Shown in pieces: positions 39,473 to 48,647 of a stretch of DNA of 64,000 nucleotides (the stretch's first letter is position 1; each line of letters begins with the position of its first letter). The DNA lies in NCBI GenBank assembly GCA_965200705.1, contig OZ241376.1, positions 589,722 to 653,721 on the forward strand, written 5' to 3'. A program made the position numbers and the translations under genes. Source of the stretch: Bryobacterales bacterium. GTDB lineage: Bacteria; Acidobacteriota; Terriglobia; Bryobacterales; UBA6623. The notes under the pieces were generated by a model. That model was not told where the DNA came from. It searched no databases and saw nothing but the letters and a program-made list of their open reading frames with translations.

Positions 39473-39755
39473 GAGGTTGATAGTAGTGCGACTAGGGCGA
39501 CGTTGTCGAGGGTCAGGCCGGACTCCCAGCCAGCGGTCGAGCTAAGTCCGACACAGACCAATGGTTTAGAGTTCCAGTCCAGCCCCATTAGGGGCAGGCG
39601 TCCAAGCCGCTGGCGATCTGCGGCATGTTCGTCACTCAGTTCCAGAGCGGCGTGATGGCGTTCTGGAGGGAGATTACATACGTGATTACCCAAATCCACG
39701 CTTGACAACGTTTGGTGATCCTCGGTAACGCATTGATATATCAAGTATTTACGGC

Positions 39756-40385
39756 ATGGCCAAGGCACCGGGGAGGAATCATCGCAGGTGCCTTTGACTC
39801 GTGGAGTTCATCCAGCGGCATCCGACGGACGCGAAGGCCGAGGCGTGGTTCGTACAGCGGCGCTGGCCGCATGGGATTCGCCGTCCGTCCTGCGGCTCCC
39901 GGAACGTCCGGACCGGCTGCGGGCACGCGATGCCGCACCGATGCAGGGGGAGGGCCTGCGGGCGACGACGCTTCAGCGCCAGGTCCCGTTCCGTCATGGA
40001 GGGGTCGAAGCTCGGCTGTCAGGTCTGGCTGGCTGCCATGTTCCCGGCGACCACGAACCTCGGGAGCGTCTCGAGCATGAAGCTGCACAGGGATCGGGGG
40101 GATGCGCGGAGGAGCGCATGGTTTCTCGCCCGCAGAGTGCGCGATGCGCTGTCGCGGGGCGGCACGCTGTTCGCAGGCCCTGTGGAGGCTGGCGAGACCT
40201 ACATGGGCGGCAAGCGTCGCAGCATGCGCAGGGGTCGGCGCGAGGGACTGGCCGGGCGCGGGGCTGTCGGCAGGACGGCCGTGGTCGGAGCCAGGGATCG
40301 CGGGACCAGGCAGGCTGCGGACAGGGTTGTCCGATCCATTGGCACGGGGACGCCGCAACGCTTCGTGGCGGAGCGCGCGGAACTG
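39756..40385 (+). pseudogene. IS1595-family transposase remnant (in-frame stop, no DDE core recognised)
   Basis: ATG 39756 opens MAKAPGRNHRRCL, then TGA at 39795-39797. The same frame continues (track ORF 39801..) with the zinc-ribbon and ISXO2-like blocks: EFIQRHPTDAKAEAWFVQRRWPHGIRRPSCGS...MEGSKLGCQVWL...SAWFLARRVRDA...GPVEAGETYMGGK...GRGAVGRTAVVGARDRGTRQ. Recognisable similarity ends near 40385, before the remainder of the catalytic domain. Confidence 0.6.
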
Positions 40386-41088
40386 AACCAGTCCGATCCG
40401 AAAACCGAACCTCCGGAGATCACTCTGATCCACCCGAACTACGGCCCGAGCCGAGAGGATCTGGACGAGGACCTGAGGATCGACGCCACGTTGGAAGGAC
40501 TGGGAAAGGCCGTTGCCCGGACAGTCGAGGTCCGCCATGTCAAGTCCCTGCAGCGGTGCTGGTCAAAGTCGGATGTGGGTGGTCACGTATATGATTCCCC
40601 TCCCGTTCCGTGGCGACGCGGCGGTGGCGGGACCTCGACCAATTTTTGCCGGATGGCCCGCGAAGCCCGACCACCAGCCCCGGGCCATGCGACCGAACCG
40701 TGCGCCTTCGATGCCGACATCCCTGCCGTCCTGCATGCTTGGCGACACGCTGTGTCCTGCCCCATTTCATTGCGGTCGAACGTCGTACGCGCCCGAGAGC
40801 GACGCAATGGACCGCTGCAGGGAGCCTTCGCGACGACTCGCGGGGCGAGGCCCGGGCAGCTGGAGAGCCGGACACTCCACGCCCCCGCGACGAGCCACGC
40901 GGGAACGCCGTTTCGAGCACCCCCCGACGGTCCCGGAAGGCCCGGCCCGGGACGGCGGGCGGTGACTATACTGCGGGAATGCCGGACCGGAGGGAAGGGA
41001 ACGGTCGCTTGACCCTTGCTGCGGGGGCGGGTGCTACCTTTGGTGGCCATCCACCAAGAGCAGGGCAGCGTGGCGGGAGGACGTTCAC

Positions 41089-41736
41089 GTGGGCGGCGGC
41101 CTGCTGTGGTACTACCGCGAAGGGGACAACACGGCGAGGGTGGCGCCGGACGTGTTCGTGGCGCTGGGGGTGCCGCGGGATCCGCCGCGGGACTCCTACA
41201 AGGTGTGGGAGGAGGGCAAGACGCCGGACTTCGTGCTGGAGGTGGCGGCGCCGTTGAAGGCGAGGCTGGACCGCGAGGGGAAGCGCGAGCTGTACCAGCG
41301 GCTGGGAGTGCGGGAGTACTGGATGCACGACCCGGACGGTGGGCTGCACAGGACGCGGCTGCAGGCGCTGCGGCTGGTGGGCGGAACCTACCGCGCCGTG
41401 AAGGTGGAGCGGGATGCCAGCGGTCATATCCGGGCTCGGAGCAAGGTGCTGGGCCTGGACCTGCTGTTCGACGGGGACCGGCTTCGGATTTGGGATCCGG
41501 TGGCCGGCCGGTTCCTGCCTACCGTTGCGGAGGCCGAGGCCAGGGCAGAGGCGGCGCAGCAGATGCAACGCGAAGCCCAGGCGCAAGCAGAGGACGCGAA
41601 GAGACTGCGACGCGCGGCCGAGAGAGACCGACGCGAGGCCGAGGCGAGGGCGGAAAGTGAACGGCTAGCGAGGGAAGAGTCCGAAGCCAAGTACCGAGCG
41701 GAGATTGCAGAACTCAAGAAGCGGCTCGGCAACTAG
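41089..41736 (+). CDS. Uma2-family (DUF820) endonuclease-like protein, probably 5'-truncated, with coiled-coil tail
   Basis: 215-aa GTG-initiated ORF. LLWYYREGDNTARVAPDVFVALGVPRD...YKVWEEGKTPDFVLEVAAP...YQRLGVREYWMHDP is the Uma2 core. About 50 N-terminal residues usual for the family are missing. The open frame upstream (back to TGA at 40963) has no start codon. The tail is an Ala/Glu/Arg-rich coiled coil. Confidence 0.55.
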   Translation: MGGGLLWYYREGDNTARVAPDVFVALGVPRDPPRDSYKVWEEGKTPDFVLEVAAPLKARLDREGKRELYQRLGVREYWMHDPDGGLHRTRLQALRLVGGTYRAVKVERDASGHIRARSKVLGLDLLFDGDRLRIWDPVAGRFLPTVAEAEARAEAAQQMQREAQAQAEDAKRLRRAAERDRREAEARAESERLAREESEAKYRAEIAELKKRLGN

Positions 41737-42171
41737 GCTCGTGTGGTTGGCAGTGACCCGTCACGCCTCGACGGGGGCTGTCGGATTGAGCGTGAGAGCG
41801 GCGGAAAAGCCATCCGGCGTGGCTCTGTACTGGTGGGCTTGTCAGCGGTTCCAGAACCAGAATGCTGGCTGGTTGAGCGCCTGACACCTCGGTGCAGTCT
41901 TGCCCACCCAGGGGTTGGGGAAGAGCCTGGCATTGGCGTCCTAGACCGCAAACTCTCTCCGGCAGCCGACAATGGTGCATGCCACCGTCGCAGTTCAGCC
42001 GGCGCACTCAGCTCGGATGTGCCTGCGGTTAGTGAGTCTTCTGTCTGGGCAACCTACGGCGGGTTGAGTCACGCCTCGCCGGTCCAAGGCAGGCCCCGGT
42101 CGAAGAGCGTTCTGCCCGTGGCCAGTAGGCAAGTCGGACAGACCGCTGCTGTACGATAAGGGCTACGATAG

Positions 42172-42248
42172 GCGCCCGTAGCTCAGCTGGATAGAGCGCT
42201 TGCCTCCGGAGCAAGAGGTCGCAGGTTCGAATCCTGCCGGGCGTACCA
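42172..42248 (+). tRNA. tRNA-Arg (anticodon CCG), CCA encoded, canonical cloverleaf
   Basis: Hand-folded. Acceptor gcgcccg/cgggcgt (one G-U at 1:72). D arm gctc-agctggata-gagc. Anticodon stem cttgc/gcaag with loop ctCCGga. Variable loop aggtc. T arm gcagg-ttcgaat-cctgc. Discriminator a plus cca. Confidence 0.9.
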
Positions 42249-42290
42249 CCGAACGGCAGGGGCCGCCAGAGCCCTACACTCGGCCGAGTC

Positions 42291-42863
42291 TCAGCGGTTG
42301 TAGGCGGGAGTTGGACCGCGTAAGGCGTTCCACGCTTCATCGCAGGCCACCATAGCGGTCTCGGGAAGCGGTTCGGCCCCACAGCCCGCAATATTCTGCT
42401 CGAGATGAGCGAACCGCGAAGCTCCGAGGATCACGCAGTCCGCACCCGGCCTGTGGGTGACCCAGCGTAGGGCCAGCGTGGCAGGCGCAACGCCCAGATC
42501 ATCTGCTACGCCACGCAGCGACTCAACCGCTCGGAAGTACGCGTCGTGCCAGAAGCGCTTCAGGTACATCTTGTTGCCGTCAAACCTGGTGCCGAGGATT
42601 GGGCCCTGGTCGAGAGACTGCTTGCCACTTAGCAAGCCACCTGCAAGCGGGTTGTAATAGGCGTTCGTGATGCCGTAGTGGTCGCGGAACGGGAGATACT
42701 CCTGCTCGATGCCACGGGCAAGGACGTTGTACATCGGCTGCGCTACGACTGGCGCCCGATAGCCGCGGTCCTTGGAGATGGCGAACATCTCGGCGATCTG
42801 CCACGACGCGTAGTTTGAGGTCGCAATCCAGCGGATCTTCCCTTCCCGACGCAGTGCGTCCAT
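42291..42863 (-). pseudogene. Aldo/keto reductase, 3' fragment (paralogue of 48919..49893) truncated next to an IS
   Basis: The C-terminal ~188 codons (DALRREGKIRWIATSNYASWQIAEMF...RGPTPAYNR) align with the intact copy with about 36 differences. Similarity stops at ...gcagtgcgtccatc (42863), 8 nt before the IS end. The track fuses it into an artefactual 308-aa ORF (42291..43217). Confidence 0.75.
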
Positions 42864-42870
42864 CGTGTCC

Positions 42871-43710
42871 GGCGTTTCCGCAAGGCTCAATTCGCGAAAC
42901 GTGTGCATTGGGGTGCCAAGGAGGCGAGCAGGCAGGCCCGCGGGGAGGGCTGGCTGGCCACCAGATGCCAGCGCAGGTAGTTGCCGAGGCACTTCGTCGC
43001 CACGCCGTGGAACGGCAGCAGGAACTGCTGCAGCTGGCGGTGGCGCTGGTTGACCGTCTGGATGGGGTGGCTGCCGCGCAGGCGCTGTCCGGCCGCCCGG
43101 TTGACGGCCTCGTGCTGGACCCCCAGGCTGCGCGCGCAGCCTAGGTAGCCTGTCCCGCCGTCCCGCCCCCGCGGGCCGGCCAGGTTCCGCTCCCCCTTGC
43201 GGCTGTGCCGGAAGCACGTCTCGTCGGCCTCCACCAGTCCGGCCAGCGGCTCGCTGTCGACGGTGCCACCCCGCAGCGCTCGGCGGCCTTGCGGACCGAC
43301 TCGCGGGCCACCAGCGCCCGCCCGCAGGCCAGCCAGCGCTCGCGCTGGTGCAGCTCGGCCAGCGGTGTCCCGGTCAGCGCGTGGAACGTCCGCCGGCAGG
43401 CCTTGCAGGCGTAGCGGCGCAGCCGGTGCACGCAGCCGCGCCGGACAGCCCCGCCGGCTCCGCAGCGCGGGCAGCGCCGTCTCGCGTCGACGCGCAGCTC
43501 GATCGCAGCCAGGGAGGCCGCCTCGTCCCCCTGCTCCTGGGCGACCTGCTGCAGCCGCTCGTGCTGGGCCACCGTCAGCTGCTCCACCCCAGCCAGCCAG
43601 CACTGGAACTCTTCGTTGGTCATGGATTCTAAGTCCTTTATTCGAAAATATTTATATCATATATCAATCAAAATATAAATATTCAGCAAATTAAGCCTTC
43701 CGAAATGACC
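42871..43710 (-). mobile_element. Defective IS1595-family insertion sequence (frameshifted, internally deleted transposase)
   Basis: Terminal inverted repeats: ggcgtttccgcaaggctcaattcgcgaaa (42871-42899) versus the reverse complement of 43682-43710 (ggtcatttcggaaggcttaatttgctgaa), about 20/29 matches with core AAGGCTyAATTyGC. The transposase N-terminus is ORF 43141..43623 (CPRCG...YACKACRRTFHALTGTPLAEL). The C-terminal blocks are in another frame (ORF 42887..43603: LVEADETCFRHSRKGERNL, then directly HEAVN...IQTVNQRHRQLQQFLLPFHGVATKCLGNYLRWH), implying loss of about 70 central codons. Confidence 0.65.
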
Positions 43711-43737
43711 AGCTCACGGACGACGGAAACGGCGCAC

Positions 43738-43756
43738 GGGTAAGCTGCGCTCTCCC
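43738..43756 (+). other. Possible MOBQ-type oriT nick-region remnant
   Basis: gggtaagctgcgctctccc resembles my recollection of the RSF1010/R1162 nick region (GGTAAGTGCGCCCTCCC). It lies 85 nt upstream of the mobC remnant and 28 nt from the IS end. I saw no flanking inverted repeat. Confidence 0.2.
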
Positions 43757-43840
43757 TTCGAACCCCCGGCTTCCCGCGGCCCTGGCAGGCTCGCGGACGA
43801 GCGGCGGGCGTGGCCCCCGCTGCTTTCTGGATGTGCGCTG

Positions 43841-44179
43841 ATGGCTGACCGCCGCATCGTGAAAGCCTCCGTCCGCGCGTCAGCGGCCGAGTTCGCCGCC
43901 TAGAAGGCCAAGGCCGCAGCGGCCGGCGTCCCGCTGTCCGACCTGCTGCGGCAGGCCATGGCGCGCACCCGCACCTGGACCGCCGCGGCGGCCGAGGTCG
44001 AGCGCGAGCGCACCCGGCAGGTCGCCCGCATCGGCAACAACCTGAACCAGATCACCCGTTGGGCGAACACCCACGCCGACAAGGCCGACGCCTTCGAGGT
44101 CATCGCCCACCTCGTCGCCATCGAGCGAGAGGTCGCGCGGCTGGCCTGCTTACGAGACGAGCGGCCCGATGCACGTTAA
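43841..44179 (+). pseudogene. MobC-type relaxosome accessory protein with premature stop
   Basis: ATG 43841 gives MADRRIVKASVRASAAEFAA, then in-frame TAG at 43901-43903. The frame continues ...GVPLSDLLRQAMA...QVARIGNNLNQITRWAN (the MobC signature IGNNLNQI). The track shows only the distal 73 aa (43958..44179). Confidence 0.6.
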
Positions 44180-44556
44180 GTTCATCGCCCGCGGCACAGG
44201 CTCGGCGAAGGCCGCCGCCGACTACCTGCTCGGCGAGCGGGACGCTGCCGGGCAACCGCGCGTGGCTGTGGCCTCTGCTGTTCGGCCTGATGCTCTCAGC
44301 CGGCATCTGCGGCGGGAGTTGGGCGGGGACGCGCTGGCTGTGGACGACCATAGAGCAGCAGATCGAGACCCTGACAGTGCTCCGCGTGGACATCGCGGAG
44401 GCCCGCGCGACGCTGGCGCGGATCGAGGACACGACCTGGGGGCTGACGCTGACCGAGATCGACGGGGAACGCTTCGTGGTGCTGCCGGCCGGCACGCTGC
44501 GCAATCCGCCCTGGACCGTGGTCAGGCGGCCTGCCTTGAAGCTGTCGAGCGACTGA
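44169..44556 (+). pseudogene. Relaxase N-terminal stub joined out of frame to the 3' part of another mobilisation gene
   Basis: MHVKFIARGTGSAKAAADYLLGERDAAGQ (from 44169) is a typical relaxase/mobilisation-nuclease N-terminus, but similarity ends after about 30 codons. From about 44255 a different frame (track ORF 44059..44556) encodes a TM segment plus ...TWGLTLTEIDGERFVVLPAGTLRNPPWTVVRRPALKLSSD. Confidence 0.45.
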
Positions 44557-44565
44557 GGGAACTGT

Positions 44566-44757
44566 ATGACCGCGTTGGAACAGCAGTTGACGAGAGCCTT
44601 GCGGGAGTTGTCCGCGCAGTACGGGCGGGAGCGGACGAAGCACGCCGCGCAGATCGCGGCCTTGCAGCGGCAGGCCGAGCACTGCGCCGGGCAGGTGACG
44701 CGCTTGATCGCGGACTACAGGACGCTCGCCGAGACGTTGCGAGGGCCGTGGAACTGA
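44566..44757 (+). CDS. Small coiled-coil protein of the mobilisation module (hypothetical)
   Basis: 63-aa ATG ORF starting 10 nt after the preceding stop (MTALEQQLTRALRELSAQYGRE...), helical and heptad-like. I recognise no family. Confidence 0.3.
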   Translation: MTALEQQLTRALRELSAQYGRERTKHAAQIAALQRQAEHCAGQVTRLIADYRTLAETLRGPWN

Positions 44758-44822
44758 TGCGGCAACGCGGACCGGAGCGCGACCATGGCCCCAGCCGCTA
44801 GCGCGGCGTCGGCCGGGGCGCG

Positions 44823-46040
44823 TCACCGGGTCCTCGTCGGCCAGGTACGCGGCCCAGTCGTCCATGAGCTGCCGCCGCCGGTCGAACAGGTCGGACCGGG
44901 CGTAGGCGGCCTCCACCTTGTTCTGGACGACATGCGCCCGCGCCGCCTCGATGACCTCACGCGGATGGTCGGTCTTCTCGGCCGCCCAGTCCCGGAACGA
45001 CGAACGGAAGCCATGGGGTACAGCCGCGATCCGAAGGTTCTGGAGCGTCTTGACCAGCGTCGACGGCGAGATCGGTCTCCCACTCCGCATCGGGAACACG
45101 AGCGGATTGCCGTCGCCCAGCGCCCGCGCCGCGTCGAGGACCTCCAGCGCCCGGCCGCACAGCGGAACCCGGTGCTCCCGTTTCGCCTTCATCCGCTGCG
45201 CCGACAAGGTCCACACGTGGTCCGTCGTGTCGATCTCCGTCCATTGCGCGCCCCGTGCCTCGCCCGACCGCGTGGCGGTCAGCACGAGGAACTCGAACGC
45301 CAGCTTGACGGCGGGCTGCGCGGACCCCGACCGCACTGCCTCGATGGCCGCGGCAACGTCCCGGTGCGCCAGGGCCTGCCGGTGCGTCACGATGTCGTTC
45401 TGTGGGCCGAGCACCGGCAGCACCCGGTCGCAGGGATTGTCGTTGCGCATGTCCAGGGCGATGGCCCACTCCAGCACCGACCGGATGCGCTGGCGTTCGC
45501 CTCCCGTGCGCGGTGGACCGCGCGATGCGCTGCGGGTGGCGCGGAGACGCCTCGTACAGTTCCGCCAGCGCCGGGCGGTGCTCCTAAGCTGGCCGTGCGC
45601 GCACGGCCAGCGCCATGTGGCGTGGCCGCATCGTCGCCACGGCTGCCGCCAGCCAGCAGCCGGGGCGTCAGGTCGGACGGGGTGGCAGTGCCGGAACTCC
45701 GCCAAGTAGCACGGTGTGCTCTGGCTCACCGCGACCTCCAACTCACTCGCCAGCTCCTGCCGGACCAGATCCACGTTGCCCGCGGCCAGCCCTACTGCCC
45801 GCCAGCCGCAGTGTCCGCACGGCCTCGGCCCGTCCGAGCATGTCAATCTCATCCGGCCCCGGCCCTAAGGCGATGCTCGTCCCCCGTCGCTCCCTCTTAA
45901 CACACCACCCCGGAGGTCAGCTCTCGCGTCGCCCAACGCCGAGCCCACATCTGGGGTGGGGCTCGCGATCCATGTGCTCGCAGACTTGGTGTCCCAACTA
46001 AGCCGGCCTGGACTCGGCTGGTTGTCCCGTCGGCAGTCAG
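44823..46040 (-). pseudogene. P4-type tyrosine integrase, N-terminal part frame-disrupted
   Basis: The catalytic domain is intact in one frame inside track ORF 44296..45852 (LTATRSGEARGAQWTEID, HGFRSSFRDWAAE, NKVEAAYARSDLFDRRRQLMDDWAAYL). The expected N-terminal region (45853-46040) has only scattered similarity spread over two frames and interrupted by stops. There is no stop near the normal C-terminus, so the ORF reads on antisense through the mob remnants. Confidence 0.65.
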
Positions 46041-46217
46041 TGCGGCCCCCGCTACCCCGGACCGAAGTCCACCTGTGGTTCGGCCTAGCCACAGCCAGTC
46101 CTAGACGGCCCAGCATCTTCACTTCGGGTATCAGATGAAATCAAGATGTCTGAGCGCTGCTCCGGACGATTCAGCATCGGGACTTCGGACACCGGCCGAG
46201 AGCACGATGTCTAACAC

Positions 46218-48647
46218 CTAGAAGTCCCATTCCAGCCCAACCAGCGGGAAGCGCGGCAGGCCGCTGGCAAACTCAGGTGTGTTGGTTACTCGGTTCCAGA
46301 GCAGGGTGGTGGGGTTCTCGCGGCCGGTGGAGTTCTGCATCCCGACGTACACCAACACCTTGTTTCCTCTGACAGTGAACGTCCGGTCCACCCGCAGGTC
46401 AAGCGTGAAGAATGCGTCGTAGCGCATCGAATTGACCTGGTCGAGGTTGAAGATGCCACGTCGCTGCGACTCGGAGAGTTCCAGATCGAACGGCGTGTAG
46501 GGCCTCCCCTGCAGGTAGCTGGCGCGGAACGCGATCTCCCACTTCCTGCCGATGCGGCGGCCGCCGAGCGCGTTGAAGACGAAGGGCCTGTCGAACGCCC
46601 CGGGACGCAGCTGGCCGTCCAAGCCAGCGTGCCGAGCCCGTGAGTAGGCGAGATTGAGCTGGCCGAACCAGAGTCGGTTGAACTTCTTCTCGGCGAACAG
46701 CTCAACACCCGCAACCTCCCCATGCCCGGCGTTGGTCATGGGGTACAGGATGTCCCGGACATCGAAGGTATCGCCCACGTTGGCGAACGAGAGAGCCGGG
46801 AACTGCGTGGCGACGGCATAGGCGCGGTAGCGCTTGGAGTAAGCCTCCACGGTGAGTCGCAGGTCCCGCCCGGGCGTCCACGCAAAGCCGGTCACCCAAT
46901 GGTCGGCGCGTGCCGGGGCTAGAGACCGGTTCTCGGGGAACGCGGCCAGAAACAGGTAGACGGGAGTCTGGTGGTAGATCCCCCAGCTCGCGTTCCAGGA
47001 GAGGTTCTCGGCAAGCGCGAGCGACAGGCTTGCCCGCGGACTCATCCGTAGGTGCGACATCCCGAACTGCGCGTACCGATCAACCCTGCCACCAAGGGTG
47101 AGCCGCAGCCCCCGAGCCAACTCGTGTGTCCCCTGGATGTATGCTCCGCTCTGGGTGGCGGTGAATCGCTCTCTGAGGTCGATTGGGTTCCGGTCCGGTA
47201 CGACCGTGAACGGACCGTCGTAGCCCAGTGGCGACAGCGTGACGTAGTCGTTCACGAAGATCTTCTGGGTGCCGCCGACGCGGTACTCGCCGGCCGAGCC
47301 GGCATGCAGGGTCAGGTCGTACTTGAGCGTGGTCTCGTCCTCCGTCGAGTCCTGACGGAACGTCACGGCGCCATCCGCGATCGCCAGGTCGACAGGAGTG
47401 GAGGGTGCCAGAGGCCCGTCATGCACCAGATCCTTGACGGTGGAGTCCACCGTGGCGCTCGAATGCGTCAGACCGAGGAGTCCGACGCCTCGCGTTCCGA
47501 AGATCCGTTGCCAGTTGACTCCCGTGACGTTCCGGCGGCCGGCGTAGCGAACGTCGAAGGCCCCCAAGGACTCGTCCGGCTCGGTGTCCTCGGTCAAGCC
47601 GAGACGGATGCTGTCGATCCCGGTGATGCTCGTGACCCAGAGCCGGTCAAGGCTGCCGAAGTCGCGCACCACCTTGCCGGTGAAGGAGTAGTAGACGGGC
47701 ACGCCGCCGGTCCCGAGGTCATCGGTCACGAAGTCCAGGAAGCTCCGCCGGGCCGACAGGATCCAGGAGCCCTTCCCGTTCGCCCAAGGTCCCTCGAGCA
47801 CCGCACCGGCACCGGCGTAGGCGACCGTGGCGCGGCCGCGAAAGTCTTCGCGGCTGCCCTCACGCTGTGCCACCTGCATGACGCTGGATAGGCGGTTGAT
47901 GTAGGGCGCGGGATAGCCACCCGTAAGGAAAGTCACGTCTTCGATCAACTGTACGTCCAGCAGGCTGACGGTCCCGCCCGCGGAGGCCAGGTTGGCGAAA
48001 GAGTTGATGTTCGGGATCTCGATGTTGTCGACGACAAAGAGGTTCTCGAGGGGGCTGCCGCCGCGGACGATGATGTCGTTCCTGAAATCAGCGGATCCAG
48101 TCACGACTCCCGGCAGCGTCGCCACGTACCTCGAGACATCCTGCAGCGCGCCAGCGGCCTTAGCCACCTCCTCGTTGCGGATGGCGACGCCAGACGTGAC
48201 GACCTCGTCCGGCACGAGTTGCTCGGAGGCGCTGACAGTCACGGAGCTCTCGACGGCGGCGATCTCGGGCAGCTCGAGGCGCACCTCGCTGGTCTGGCCT
48301 GCGTGGACCTCAACGAGGTCACTGAGCAGGGCTTGTCCCGTCGCTAACCGGAGCTCGAGCTGCAGCATCCCCGGACGCGCATCAATGGCGTGGAACCGCC
48401 CGGACTCATCGCATGAGGAACACAGGCTGGTGCCGGAGATGCAGACCCGCACGCCCGACGCCGGAGCGCCGTCGCCTAGGAAGACGACTCCGCGAACGGC
48501 CCCCGTACCAACCGTGTCCTGACCGCTGGCAGACACGCCGCACAGCAGCAGAGTCGCTGCAACCGCCATCCACCAGCGTGACCAGGGGACGCTGCGCCGC
48601 AGCCGCCAATGAGTACCGCAAACCCCGGGGGCCAACCGACAAACCAT
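46218..48647 (-). CDS. TonB-dependent receptor with CarboxypepD_reg-like N-terminal domain and plug
   Basis: 809-aa ORF. Signal-like MAVAATLLLCGVSASG. A regulatory-domain-like segment (GAVRGVVFLGDG...GRFHAIDARPG). Plug blocks (DVSRYVATLPGVV, IIVRGGSPLENLFVVDNIEIPN). Terminal ...LVGLEWDF. Confidence 0.85.
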   Translation of the reverse strand: MVCRLAPGVCGTHWRLRRSVPWSRWWMAVAATLLLCGVSASGQDTVGTGAVRGVVFLGDGAPASGVRVCISGTSLCSSCDESGRFHAIDARPGMLQLELRLATGQALLSDLVEVHAGQTSEVRLELPEIAAVESSVTVSASEQLVPDEVVTSGVAIRNEEVAKAAGALQDVSRYVATLPGVVTGSADFRNDIIVRGGSPLENLFVVDNIEIPNINSFANLASAGGTVSLLDVQLIEDVTFLTGGYPAPYINRLSSVMQVAQREGSREDFRGRATVAYAGAGAVLEGPWANGKGSWILSARRSFLDFVTDDLGTGGVPVYYSFTGKVVRDFGSLDRLWVTSITGIDSIRLGLTEDTEPDESLGAFDVRYAGRRNVTGVNWQRIFGTRGVGLLGLTHSSATVDSTVKDLVHDGPLAPSTPVDLAIADGAVTFRQDSTEDETTLKYDLTLHAGSAGEYRVGGTQKIFVNDYVTLSPLGYDGPFTVVPDRNPIDLRERFTATQSGAYIQGTHELARGLRLTLGGRVDRYAQFGMSHLRMSPRASLSLALAENLSWNASWGIYHQTPVYLFLAAFPENRSLAPARADHWVTGFAWTPGRDLRLTVEAYSKRYRAYAVATQFPALSFANVGDTFDVRDILYPMTNAGHGEVAGVELFAEKKFNRLWFGQLNLAYSRARHAGLDGQLRPGAFDRPFVFNALGGRRIGRKWEIAFRASYLQGRPYTPFDLELSESQRRGIFNLDQVNSMRYDAFFTLDLRVDRTFTVRGNKVLVYVGMQNSTGRENPTTLLWNRVTNTPEFASGLPRFPLVGLEWDF

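Noticed and set aside
39469-39768. 99-aa minus-strand ORF abutting the sulfatase start
   Set aside because: It has no motif, spans the compositional boundary into the IS fragment leader, and would need to be co-oriented upstream of the sulfatase without an RBS. I treat it as non-coding.
40966-41660. Overlapping 206-aa (minus) and 214-aa (plus) ORFs around the Uma2 gene
   Set aside because: Their Gly/Arg/Pro/Ala-rich translations show no motifs. The third frame carries the clear Uma2 core, so these are GC-driven shadow ORFs.
41500-41700. Apparent repetitiveness (gaggc/gcaga motifs) that could suggest a tandem repeat or CRISPR-like array
   Set aside because: It is the codon-level reflection of an Ala/Glu/Arg coiled-coil tail. 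There is no fixed repeat unit or spacer structure, and I saw no CRISPR-like array anywhere in the window.
42291-43217. 308-aa ORF suggesting a full-length protein
   Set aside because: It is a chimera. The distal ~190 codons are an AKR 3' fragment. The proximal part runs through the IS inverted repeat and the antisense/other frame of the transposase, producing a Pro/Ala/Arg-rich non-protein-like sequence.
44296-45852. 518-aa ORF taken at face value as one protein
   Set aside because: Only the middle and C-terminal-proximal part (about 44823-45500) is integrase-like. The first ~100 codons are not integrase-like. The last ~175 codons are read-through antisense to the mob remnants because no stop follows the normal integrase C-terminus.
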